DNA of 57,683 nt from NCBI GenBank assembly GCA_051294375.1, contig CM119264.1:2774777-2832459 (forward strand), written 5' to 3'. The notes beneath the pieces are model-generated. The model worked only from the letters and a program-made list of their open reading frames with translations. It was not told where the DNA came from and did not search any database. Below, piece by piece: positions 13,469-57,683 of the stretch. Origin of the DNA: Paraspadella gotoi. Lineage: Eukaryota > Animalia > Chaetognatha. The stretch's first letter is position 1. Each line of letters opens with the position of its first letter. Made by a program: the position numbers and the translations under genes.

Positions 13469-15065
13469 CTTTCCTCTCCCCGGGGTCTTACCTTTTTTAC
13501 TCCCCGCTTTTTCTCCTCTCAATTTTCCCATTTCCGGATTCCACCGCCTCGGATCTGTGGAAGACCTCGAGACCTTTCCGGTCGAATCCGCCGGGAACGC
13601 CGGGCGGTTGTTAATGAGACCTTTCTCCCATCGATTTCTCCTTCCCTACCGCTCCTTCCTTCCATCTCTTCTTCTTCCTCCTCTCTCCTCCTGCTATCTA
13701 GTATCTTTCCCTATCCTTCCTCCTCTTCATCCCTCCATTTCCTGAGTTAAGATCCCCAACTTCGTCATCTCCTCCCTCCCGGATGATTAGTTCGTTTCCT
13801 TCACCCTCCTCTTCCTCCTTTCCTTTCCATCCCTTCCAATCCTCTTCTGCTCTTTCCCTTCTTTACCTTCAGAGCCGGGAGCGTTCCGTCGTTATGTAAT
13901 TGCCCTGTCGATGAAATTGACTTAGATTGGATTCCATCGTTTGTTGCCTCGGATTTAGTCACATCAATCCTACGCTTATTTGGTCGCAGCTCTGGTATAT
14001 TCGTTAAAAAATAAAAAGAAAAAAAATAAATAAAAAAATTTATATTAATAAAAATTAAATAAGAAAAAAAAATAAAAAAAAAAAAAAAAAAATAGAGGCA
14101 TAACAAAAAACAACCAAAATAAACAAAAAAGAAAAAAAAAACAAACAAAAAAAGACCAGCTTTCCTTAATCATAATAATTATACTATAACTAATATATAA
14201 TAAATTTCATATTAATATAAAGAAATTATAATTATTAATTAATTGAATAAAAAATTTTTTTCTTTATTTTTTAATTATTGCTCCGGCATAAGTGAAGTAC
14301 TCGACGCTAGATGAAAAACAAAATTAATATGGATTAACAAAGGCACCGACCGATGGTTTACTCTCAGGTTTGGTATACCTGGTAAGTTGATTTAAAGTTA
14401 CCTTCTTAAATTATTTTAAATCAATATTACCATCTATGCTTAAATTATTTCTTAACTGAACTTCGTACTTTTATTGATCGAGCGTGTGTTTTTCCCGTCT
14501 CTTTTGCTCACCCTTCTGAGAGTATCTATATGACCTGTATTATTATTATAATTATTATTTATTACGATAACTTTTTCCTTATATCTAAATATCATTATTC
14601 AAATTATGATATTCTGAATTTCTGCTGTTGTTTATGNNNNNNNNNNNNNNNNNNNNNNNNNTCCCTCTATTCTTAAAAAAACAACCGTAGAGTGTTTCTT
14701 GTTTATGTTTACGTTTATGTTTTTGTTTTTTACGCGAATCGAATCGAATTTCGTATTTCATAGTTTTTATTTATTGATTTGCCAAATCGTATATCGACGT
14801 CGTGAACGTAAAAAAAAGATATTGAATTATTATAGTTGAATTAGAAAACGTCAAAAAAATGTTATTATTTATTATTTTTTTGGTCTCAGGCAGAACAAAT
14901 AATTAAATATCATTTTAAATAAATACGCGAAAGGATGTCATTTGTATTTCTATTTGTCTTACTCAGAAGGCTGGTGGTCCATGGACCATTGCAAGCAATT
15001 AAGACATAAAAAAACCCTAACGTGATGTCTTTTGTTTAAGAAGCAACGTTTGAAAGATTTCAAAG
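13469..15065 (+). CDS. Candidate multi-exon gene fragment of unknown product (exons ~13469-13606, 13873-13994, 14293-14381, 14967-14990, 15041-15065)
   Basis: Phase-compatible chain ...VEDLETFPVESAGNAG-RAGSVPSLCNCPVDEIDLDWIPSFVASDLVTSILRLFGRSS-VKYSTLDEKQN*YGLTKAPTDGLLSGLVYL-KAGGPWTI-KQRLKDFK. It needs one in-frame TAA and one GC donor; no family recognised. Confidence 0.35.
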
Positions 15066-15768
15066 GTAGCTAGTGACATCTATCCAAGATAAATTTTGAA
15101 AATGTTGACATCGATATTCAGTTTAAAATACATATTAACGGATTAAAGTTGATTTATCATGCTCAATATATACTTTTGAGTTTATCCAATCACGGAACCA
15201 AACTAGAAATTAAAGTATTCTGTTATTCTTAATTCCCGTGCCTAGTGTCATAATAACCCAGAAACAAAAGGCTCCGCAAATTTTCAACCAATTATGAGAG
15301 TTTGAAAATCCTAGGAACCAATGAGAAACGAGTTTACCCAGGCTTGTAACAGTCCGACATCATTGTTATTCAATTTTTTTTTCATCGAAAACATCGTTCA
15401 TCGCCATAAAAAACATATGATCCCAATAAAATGTTTTAATTTGTTCCAAATTTGTAAATTCCCCGAAATAAAAATTCGAATTTGCTCGCGTCGGCTACTT
15501 TTCGCGTTTAATTCAGTTATATTTACGTGGACCGACTTGGTTTTAAAATTAGTACTCACTCGCACGTTACTCATCATACCCGTTTGAAATCAGTGACTGT
15601 TATTTCAAGATTTTCACAGAACCCGTAGTTCAACTGACAAATGAAAATCTTGATATAAATTTTTTTTATTAACTCGTACATTTTCATTGACAACTTGTTT
15701 CATTACGTACAAACCTGATAGAAAAAAATGTAAGGTTCATAAATTTTATTCCTGTTGTGAATAGTAAT

Positions 15769-15832
<64 letters not shown>

Positions 15833-16255
15833 TCTCACAACGTAGCACCTTTTGTCACGTTCTCCCTCTCTCATTCAGGTATTTTCCTCTTTTCCTCCCA
15901 CAATTGAAATCCTTCTTCTTTTCTCGAACTTTCAACTTTTAATGAGGTTTTTCAATTTCTTCAACATTAACCTAACTTAATCGCAATTCATTCTCTTTTC
16001 AATTCATAAATGTCATTTGGTCACCTGCCCCTTCCCTTCCGAAATCACCTCACCTCCCCCAACCCCTCTTTTAATCACCTCCTCTCCCTTTTAATCAGCA
16101 GCCGATCACTACATCAAAAAAGTCACGGACCAAAATGTGCCTTGCGTCAAAAACCGGGAAGGAGAGAAAGAGAAACGCTACACGTGGAGAAAGCCGCGCT
16201 CGTCGCGAGACAGAGACATAAGAAGAGAGANNNNNNNNNNNNNNNNNNNNNNNNN

Positions 16256-16287
<32 letters not shown>

Positions 16288-16314
16288 TGAGTGATGAGAG
16301 AGAAGAGATTAGAG

Positions 16315-16347
<33 letters not shown>

Positions 16348-16351
<4 letters not shown>

Positions 16352-17031
16352 CGCCGGGGTCTTTTTCCGGGCGATGACAAAAGCGCATCCATTTTAAACT
16401 CCCATAGTCGACGTGGGTTGAGGATTCCGTTTCTCGGCCTCCGGGATCAACTCTCCTGCTGCCCAGGTCCGGTTATTCAGTCAGTAGTATAATTATTTTA
16501 ATTATTTTAAAATATTATTATTCACAGTTAATCTTTCAAAATTGCTTAAATACGTAATTTGAGAATGCGAGAATTTCTTTAATAACTATGTTAAATACGC
16601 TTATTTCAGTTTCTTTTTCTACTACTAATAATTATATACTAGCGAAAAAGCGAGCGGTGAGATTTTTCAGTCTCATTTTATCTTCTTCTTGCGAAATCGT
16701 GAAAGTGTGAAGACCTGCGAGTCTCACCCAGTCGCGCAGAGGATTAACTTTTTCTATACGGCCTTTCTAACCTTTTTTTCCCCCCTTTTTTTATTTCTTC
16801 TTTTTCTTTTTAACTTTTTTATTGTTTTCTTTTTCTTCTTCCACTTTTTTCCTTTCAAACTTTTCATTCTCTCTCTTTTTTCCTTTTCTTTCTACCTTGC
16901 ATAACGGACAATCTCGTTACCCAAGCCGAACTCTTTCCCTCTTCTACACTTGTTACGTATCGCTCATCGAGAATCGCAATAGCGAAAAAAAAAAAAAAGA
17001 CGGTAAACCTATCGCTAAGTCGAGGATTTTC

Positions 17032-17035
<4 letters not shown>
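16348..17035 (+). other. Noisier tandem duplicate of 17067-17720 (exon 1 plus start of intron 1)
   Basis: Collinear, differs mainly in homopolymer length, close to an N-gap. Confidence 0.8.
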
Positions 17036-49212
<32,177 letters not shown>

Positions 49213-49673
49213 TTCTCTCTCTAGCAACGCTTTTTTTTAAGCCCGAGGAAGAGGGATTTTTTGGGTTTTTTTTTTTTTACCCCCAAAATCTATGATTTCT
49301 CTGCAAACCCTGACGCGGCGCGTCCCCAGTCCCTTAATTCTGAACCCCCCCCCGCTCAACCTCAAACCGCTGCTTGTCTCCGTCGAATCAAGATTCCCCA
49401 TTTGACCTTGAAATTTCTTCGACCTTGAACTTTCTTTAACCGCGCTCTGACCCTATTTCGATCACGTGACTCTTATTTTCTGACCATAACGTTTAATCCA
49501 CAAAGTTTTTTTCAAATACAAATACGCCCCTTAATCTCCCATGTTTTCAATATCGTGTTTATAAGTTTTAAAACCTTTTACGAATTCACATTTCTTAGCA
49601 AAAAAAAAGTTATTTTTCTTCACTGACTCTCACCTCCCTTCACCCGTATAAAATCTTATATCTCTCTCTGTCA

Positions 49674-49730
<57 letters not shown>

Positions 49731-51930
49731 TCTCTTCTCTCTCTCTCTCTCTCTCTCCAGCCATACCGCGCGGTCAAAAACAAAAAACAAAACAAAAACG
49801 AAAACCTATTTTTTTTCGTTTCACCATCTCAATGTGGCCTTTCCCTCCATTTTCGTGCTACGATTTTTCAAAAAAAAAAGTTTTACCCTCGTTGTTGTTG
49901 TTGTTGTTGTTCTCTCTCCCCCCTTACCCCCTATTCCTCTTTTTCCCCCTCCGTTCATTCACTGCTGTTTTTCACCCCCACCGCCCCTCCCCCGGTACTA
50001 TTTTCCGAAAGTGCCCCATTTCTATTTTTATTTTAATTTTAATCTTGTATCAAAATTCTTAATCAAATCCTTAAAACTAATCTTAATCCGGCTCCTTAAC
50101 CCTTAATTCCTTACCTAATTTTTTTTTAAATAAAGATTATTATTAATTTAATTCATAATTTAATTTAAAGTTGGGTGCTTTTGGAAAATAAGGCCTAATT
50201 TTCACCGGCGATCAACGTGCAAAGTGCATCTTAGTTGGTCGCGAATTCAGTGAACCGTTTTCACTAGTCATTAGTCACATATTTTTTTTGCTCTGCCGTC
50301 AGAGTGCAATGCAATCGATTCCTTAATTTGGAAATTCCTCGTCCCGATTTTTTTAAATCTCCAAAATCTAAAAAAAGAAAAGATGACTAATTGTTGTTTC
50401 CCCAAATTTTGTTCCTTTGTTAGAAAGTCTTAGAAATAGTCTTCCAAATTTTAATAGCCTTTTATTTCTAAAACCGGAGATATATATAACCATTTTGAAG
50501 TTTAAAGTGTTAATATCTAGATGAATTTAATCATAAATGATAAAAGTTTTAAAAATATTAAAAAAAAAAAGATCTGATAATCGTGTGAGAGTTCCAATTT
50601 TTAATTCTTTGTAATGATTTCATCACCTGAAATCAAGTTATATTTTTTTATAATTGTCTACATCGTGATACATGTCTATTGTCAAATTAAGGTCGCTCTA
50701 TGTGCCATCATCTTTCCGCCTTCATAAACTTTCCAGAAAAGCTATGAGCCTTTGACTAACTTTTATGTTGAAATTTATAAAAAAAAAAAATCAAAAAGTT
50801 GGATTATTATTAAAAGTGAACGTCTATTGTTGACTGTTTCCCTGTATGAAAACTATCAATACAAAAACTCAATTTTAAAGACTTTTTATGGTTAGATAAT
50901 TGTATTAATATTTTCTTTTTATAGTAGCTCTAATTATCCCTCAGTTCTCCCTGACATATACAGGTGGGCAGTCAAAAACGTGCGCCGATTCTAATCTGAA
51001 TTAACATTAAATTTTAATTTCTATTAAAGTTTTCTTTTTAAACTTTGTTGAAAAATTAATTAGTACTGACCCACATTTCGCTTGGTGGCTTTTTCATTTA
51101 TTTCGCTGCTTCGTTTAGTTTGACGTTTTCATTCTGATTTACTGACAAATAAAATAAATTCCTTCGATACATTTTAAACGATATCGTTTTTCAAGTTTTG
51201 AGGTTAATATATTAGGAGGCATTCATATCTCTTAAAGTTTAAAGCGTGAAGAACAATCGCGTTGCTGTGACACTATCACAGATTCACAGTGATATAAATG
51301 ATAAAACGAGAACCTTATTGCATTTCACTTACCCATTTTTTTTTCGAATCTTCACGATCGTTCACTGTGCCCAACGTAAAAAATTCTCAAGTCCATCTCT
51401 CTTTTAAAAGAAATTCATTCACTGTGCCAAAATACCACAACGTCTTCTTATTTTTTTTTTTTAAACTACAACATTTCCTTGAATTCACTAGTCAATTAGT
51501 CATTTTCTTTCGCTTCTCTCTTCAGTCATTCCTGGCAAATTTTAAAAAAAAGAAGTTCAATCCTTTAATTCTCTGTCGCAGTTATTATTACATTAGAATA
51601 CATTACAGTTACAAGCGTAGTTTTGAATTGTTTTTTTTTCTCTTCGCGTTGAATATATTACTGTGTATCGTGTTATATCGATGGCTTAAAAAAAAAACAA
51701 ACAACAAAAAAGTGTGATTCCGCTCCAGGCTTGTTGGTCCCGTTTTGTGATGTTGAAAAACGTTTCGTGATTTTGTGGCGATGGATTCACAGACGTTTTC
51801 TTCCTTTTTATCACCGATAGTAATTTTTTTTCTTTGTGAAAACTTTTAATTCGAACGTTTATAAAAACCCAAATAAATATCGTTTATTAATTCATAATTT
51901 TTTTGGCAACCAAATTTAACTAGGCGGTTG

Positions 51931-51966
<36 letters not shown>

Positions 51967-53577
51967 AATTTTTTTTTAACGTTACCTCATTGAGTCATTG
52001 TTCTTATTTTTTGTTGTAAATAGAGACCAGGTTCATCTATTTCTCTCCTTTATTAACGTAAAGAAAGCATAGTTAGTAAAAGTAAAGAATTGAAAGAAGA
52101 GTCATGAGATGGCGTAACGATCTCCTGCATATTTTGTTCCCTTAAAGTTGTTTTTGGACTTAAATTAATTGATTATTACTTTTGCTCATGCGTGCGTTTT
52201 GCATCTTATCTTATCAACAAAACAGATTACTGGATGAAAAATGGGAAAAAAGATGAGGCAAAATAGGTAAAAACGATGACAAAATTTCAGACAATAGCTT
52301 TTATAAATGAAATACTGTAAAAACGTAACTATAATGATGATTTAATAGTTAATTGAGTCCATGATGAATATTTTTGACCCATCGTTTTTTTGTATTTACA
52401 TAAAGCATTAGCTTTCAATAAGTCAATTAATCCGAAAAACAGTACAATTTGTTTTTGATGAATAAAAAGTTTTCTCTGATTACTCGCCTTTTGTCTAATT
52501 ATATAATATTTTCAAGGCATTTCCAAAAACCTTACATTAAATATTATATTCGTAACTTGTTATCACTATCTAAAGATACAGTGAAGCTTTGACTTCATGG
52601 ATGAGTGGATGGAAATCGAGGCTCGAAATAAATGAAGAGAGAGTGAGTGGGGGATGGGAGAAAGAGAGAGAGGTTATGAAGAGAGGGCTAAGNNNNNNNN
52701 NNNNNNNNNNNNNNNNNNNNNNNNNNNNNNNNNNNNNNNNNNNNNNNNNNNNNNNNNNNNNNNNNNNNNNNNNNNNNNNNNNNNNNNNNNNNNNNNNNNN
52801 NNNNNNNNNNNNNNNNNNNNNNNNNNNNNNNNNNNNNNNNNNNNNNNNNNNNNNNNNNNNNNNNNNNNNNNNNNNNNNNNNNNNNNNNNNNNNNNNNNNN
52901 NNNNNNNNNNNNNNNNNNNNNNNNNNNNNNNNNNNNNNNNNNNNNNNNNNNNNNNNNNNNNNNNNNNNNNNNNNNNNNNNNNNNNNNNNNNNNNNNNNNN
53001 NNNNNNNNNNNNNNNNNNNNNNNNNNNNNNNNNNNNNNNNNNNNNNNNNNNNNNNNNNNNNNNNNNNNNNNNNNNNNNNNNNNNNNNNNNNNNNNNNNNN
53101 NNNNNNNNNNNNNNNNNNNNNNNNNNNNNNNNNNNNNNNNNNNNNNNNNNNNNNNNNNNNNNNNNNNNNNNNNNNNNNNNNNNNNNNNNNNNNNNNNNNN
53201 NNNNNNNNNNNNNNNNNNNNNNNNNNNNNNNNNNNNNNNNNNNNNNNNNNNNNNNNNNNNNNNNNNNNNNNNNNNNNNNNNNNNNNNNNNNNNNNNNNNN
53301 NNNNNNNNNNNNNNNNNNNNNNNNNNNNNNNNNNNNNNNNNNNNNNNNNNNNNNNNNNNNNNNNNNNNNNNNNNNNNNNNNNNNNNNNNNNNNNNNNNNN
53401 NNNNNNNNNNNNNNNNNNNNNNNNNNNNNNNNNNNNNNNNNNNNNNNNNNNNNNNNNNNNNNNNNNNNNNNNNNNNNNNNNNNNNNNNNNNNNNNNNNNN
53501 NNNNNNNNNNNNNNNNNNNNNNNNNNNNNNNNNNNNNNNNNNNNNNNNNNNNNNNNNNNNNNNNNNNNNNNNNNNNN

Positions 53578-53669
53578 CGATGACCCTAAACTTGACCTCA
53601 ACAAATCCAATCTTTTCTTTTTTTTTACGATAAAACTTTTTTTTTGTTCTACGAATTCTCGGCGCCGAA

Positions 53670-53716
<47 letters not shown>

Positions 53717-54147
53717 GGTTTCGTTTTCGGACCCAAAAAGGTTTAGAATCTGCGCCATCTACTTTTAGTCTCCAGGTGAAGTTTTAGGGGAAAAAAAACT
53801 GGTAGGAATAGAATGACATTCTCTGGGGCAAATATGGTGTCTGGAGGGGCCGTAAATGGGCTCTGAAGGGGGCGTAATCGGGATAAAGAAAAAACAAAAA
53901 TTGGCTATTGAAGGAAAAAAATAAATAAACTTAGGTCTCTGGAAGAGTGAAAATGATTAAAGCCTTGAAGGACAGACGAAAATTGTCTTTGGGCTGTGGA
54001 AGAGCAAAAATGGTTTCTGGAGGGGCGAAAATGGATTATAAAATGGCTGAAAATTAGGGTTAGAGTCGAGGGAATGAGTTATCACCGTTATGGAGGGACG
54101 AAAAAGTGCTTGGGTCTTTGGATGAGCAAAACTGGTCGATGGAAGGT
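53578..54147 (+). other. ~570-bp duplicate of 55114-55682
   Basis: Collinear, flanked by N-gaps, indel-type differences. Confidence 0.8.
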
Positions 54148-56323
54148 NNNNNNNNNNNNNNNNNNNNNNNNNGGATGAAGAGAGAGAGAGAAAGGAGAGG
54201 GAGAGAGAGGAGAGAGAGAGAGAGGGAAGGGAGAGAGAGAGAGAGAGCGAGAGAAAGAAAGAAATGGGAGAGACAAAGAAAGAGAGCGAAAGGCGAGAAG
54301 TAAAATGTTAGAAAAAACCGAAACTGCGACGGCAATCAGGTGTAGGTTCCGCGTGATGTTGAGAGCAGAGAGAGAGAGAGAGAGAGAGAGAAGAGAAGAG
54401 AGAGAGAGAGAGAGACGCGGAGCCTGAGAGAGACGATGACGAGAGAGAGAGACTTCGGCGTTTTCAATAATTTCTCGGCCCCAGTATCTCAGCTTTTCTC
54501 CAACCCACGCCCGCCGTCCCGCCACAGATTCACAATGTTTTCCTCTCCTCCCCTAATCTACCCCGCAACACCCCATGCGCCTCTCCCAGCCCCCCCCTCT
54601 CCCTCCTATTCCCATCCTCTCTCAGACCTCACTCCACTCTTAAAGAAACCCCTCACCCTCACTCTCACACCCGGCCACCGCCACCGCCACCGCCCCCCCT
54701 TGGTTTCACCTGTCCCCCCTTTCTTTCGATGGGTATGAAGCAGAGAATCGAGTCACGGCGAGTTTCACCGCTCGTCGTCGCTCGTCGTCGTTTTACTGCG
54801 GTCGGCGTCAATCATCGTACGGTCCGTCTTATCCATTGTCCTTTAAACGATGCGTTCCCAATATTTATACTCGCAAGTCGAAGATATGAGCGTCGTCGTC
54901 GTCTCGTCGTCTCGTCGTCGTCCGTTTCAATCGTTCGAAAAATAAAATTAAAGCTTAAAAGTTTCGCGCAGGGAGAGAGAGACGTGAGAGCATGAAGATG
55001 AGACAGTGGAGATGGAGGATGAGAGAGAAGAGAGAAGAGAAGAAGATTGAGAAGAGAGAGGAGAGAGAGAGAGGAGAGACCCCAACCGGTGGACGATGAA
55101 CTCAAAACCGTATCGATGACCCTAAACTACCTCAACCAAATCAATCTTTTCTTTTTTTTTTACGATAAAACTTTTTTCTTTTGTTCTACGAATTCTCGGC
55201 GCCGAAGACGACGCACGACGACGACGACTACGGAGACGACGACGGGGTTTCGTTTTTCGGACCCAAAAAGGTTTAGAATCTGCCGCACTACTTTTAGTTC
55301 TCCAGGTGAAGTTTAGGGCGGAAAAAAAACTGTAGGAATAGAATGACATCTCTGGGGCAAATATGGGTGTCTGGAGCGGGCCGTAAATGGGCTCTGAAGG
55401 GGCGTAATCCGGGATAAAGAAAAAAATCGGGCTATTGAAGGAAAAAAAAACAAAAAACTTAGGTTCTCGGAAGAGTGAATAATGATTAAAGCCTTGTAGG
55501 ACAGACGAAAATTGTCTTTGGGCTGTGGAGCAGCAAAAATGGTTTCTGGAGGGGCGAAAATGGATTTATAAAATGGCTGAAAAATTAGGGTTAGAGTCGA
55601 AGGGAATGAGTTATCACCGTTATGGAGGGACGAAAAAGTTGCTTGGGTCTTTGGATGACGCAAAAACTGGTCGATTGGAGGTCTAGAGGGAAAGGGGGAA
55701 GGGAAGGGTCTGAAGCGTCAAATGATTTTGTTGGAAAAAAAGGTTGTATGAAATTGGTTACAAACCAATATAAAAATTAATCCATTCATTTAATAAATAA
55801 GCTATCTTTGCCCCTGACTTGGACAGGCTTTGGTGCTTTAAGTCCTCCATCATTCTTACAAGAAATGACATAGCAGGTCCCTGCAAAAGCTTTCAATCAA
55901 GACTCTCTCACAGTCTCGTTTATTTCACTCCCAGAGTACCTGCGCTTCCCTATCAATGAAGTTGGCGTATATATTTCAAAAGAATGTTTCAATTGTATTG
56001 AAAAGGACCACTCCCTTAAAGTATATAATGTAATTATAATTGATGAACGCAAATTTTTTTTTTTTTTTTAATTAAGCCTTAAGGAGTTTTTCGAAGAGCG
56101 AAAAATGATTACTGGCGTGTCTGGAAGGCTCCATTCAAGGAAAATGATCACCGGAAGGAGAAAAAAAATTATTTGTTAGAACTAAAAACAGCCCCTACAG
56201 GGCGAAAATTTGGCCTCTGTAGCGAGTCTAGAATAGTATATATTAAAAAAAGTTTTACTTTTAAAAAGACAAAAATAGTAACTGGATCGCAAAATATTTA
56301 ATATGTTTGGTGAAGAGTCGAAA

Positions 56324-56641
56324 GGAAAATGTTGTTTTTTTTGTAAGAGGGAAATTTTTATTTAGTTTGATTGGGAAAATTAACTCGTGATCGAAAAAAA
56401 AATCGGCAGCTACAAAAAGCAAAGTAAAAAAAAACTTTTAGTTAATTTAATATAAAAAGAAAATTATTGAATTTTTTATTGAAATTTAATATTAACAGTC
56501 CTTAGAGTTTAAGGACTGTTCTTTTTTAATAAATTTCTTTTTATATTAAGCAAAATTTTTTTTACTTTGCTTTTTGTAGCTGATTTTGATTTCCCCTCAA
56601 CTAAATAAAATTCTCCCTCTTACAAAAAACAACATTTTTCC
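56324..56641. repeat. 318-bp imperfect foldback (MITE-like palindrome)
   Basis: GGAAAATGTTGTTTTTTTGTAAGAGGG / CCCTCTTACAAAAAACAACATTTTTCC; CAGCTACAAAAAGCAAAGTAAAAAAAA / TTTTTTTTACTTTGCTTTTTGTAGCTG; centre AACAGTCCTTA-GAGTT-TAAGGACTGTT. Confidence 0.85.
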
Positions 56642-57007
56642 AGCGAGAGAAGAACAGCGCTTCCACAAAATGTTAGAGAAGAACAGCGCTTCCACAAAAT
56701 GTTTAGCTTCACGTTGATTGTACTTAAAAACTTGCAGACGGACAAGAAAATGAATAAATTAATAGTACTTTTCAGAAGTTGTTTCAATACTCATTATTCA
56801 ATCGAATGGTTTTATTTTTAGGAAATCCGCTGTTTCCCTGAACATTTCCCACCCAAATATGGAATTGAATTTCTCAAAAACTATTCCACAATAAATCCAG
56901 CTTTAACGTTACTTTTGGTAATCCAAAATTAAAATTCATATCTTGAGTGAAACTCTGGTACGTTTAGGTCATTACAAGATACAATGTTGTTTCAAAAAAT
57001 CAGTGAA

Positions 57008-57206
57008 TTAAGTATTCAGTTATTAGCTCAGTTGATTAATTTTTTTATAAACTGAATTTATTTGACTAAAGTTGAATAAAAGATTGACTTTGATTATTAT
57101 CATTTATTAAGTATTCAGTTATTAGCTCAGTTGATTAATTTTTTTTTAAACTGAATTTATTTGACTAAAGTTGAATAAAAGATTGACTTTGATTATTATC
57201 ATTTAT
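57008..57206. repeat. ~99-bp tandem duplication; a separate 29-bp direct repeat lies at 56646-56703
   Basis: Two near-identical consecutive units. Confidence 0.85.
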
Positions 57207-57376
57207 TTGGTCAAATCCTGAAAAATGGGATGGACTGATTTAGTTTAGTTTAAAAGATAATAGTTTTAAATAGTTTCTCGATCGGTTCAAAATCATCTTT
57301 CTGTCTTTCTTTCACTATCTCTGACTTTTATTTTTCTTTCTTTTTTTTCTTTTTTCTCTCAGAAATTTTTCTTTCT

Positions 57377-57459
<83 letters not shown>

Positions 57460-57576
57460 CTTAAAATCTTTTTATTTCATCCATTTTCGTTCAGCTTCCG
57501 GCATGCACCTGCTCCAGCACCTGTCTGTCCCTCTCCGACTTTTCTTTTCAAACCCTCACAATTATTTTCATTCCAC

Positions 57577-57607
<31 letters not shown>

Positions 57608-57683
57608 CTCTTCCTTTCTTCGATTTGTCTCCCCTTTGTTTTCCTTCGGCGCCAAAGGTCCCAGTCCAATTGTCCGTTCGTCC

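Noticed and set aside
50700-57520. Minus-strand gene fragments (around 51330-51820, 54310-54890 and 57490-57512)
   Set aside because: Coding-like patches exist, but no consistent frame, splice chain or family could be built

Overview
Animal genomic scaffold (spliceosomal introns, AT-rich introns, GA/GAC/CAG microsatellites, N-gaps) from a draft assembly that appears patched with uncorrected long reads, so most ORFs in the track are spurious. The main gene is a + strand PNT+ETS transcription factor of the SPDEF/Ets98B type, rebuilt by hand from 17 phase-compatible exons (17067-49212, about 990 aa). A complete 3-exon IFT27/RABL4-like small GTPase (28278-29486) lies on the same strand inside one of its introns. 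Two families of short mobile elements have clear 4-bp target-site duplications. One is a structured ~245-bp element inserted independently into two introns. The other is a 287-bp polymorphic element inserted 1 nt before a splice donor; it supplies its own in-frame GT and a branch-point-like motif, and gains an AG from the duplicated target (introner-like). Also present: a ~3-kb Helentron/HINE-like insertion with an apparent empty site, intronic minisatellites and a 318-bp foldback. Large inverted (1-9.2 kb) and direct (30-50 kb) duplications are probably assembly or haplotype artefacts. No rRNA, tRNA or CRISPR array was found. The species cannot be determined from the sequence.
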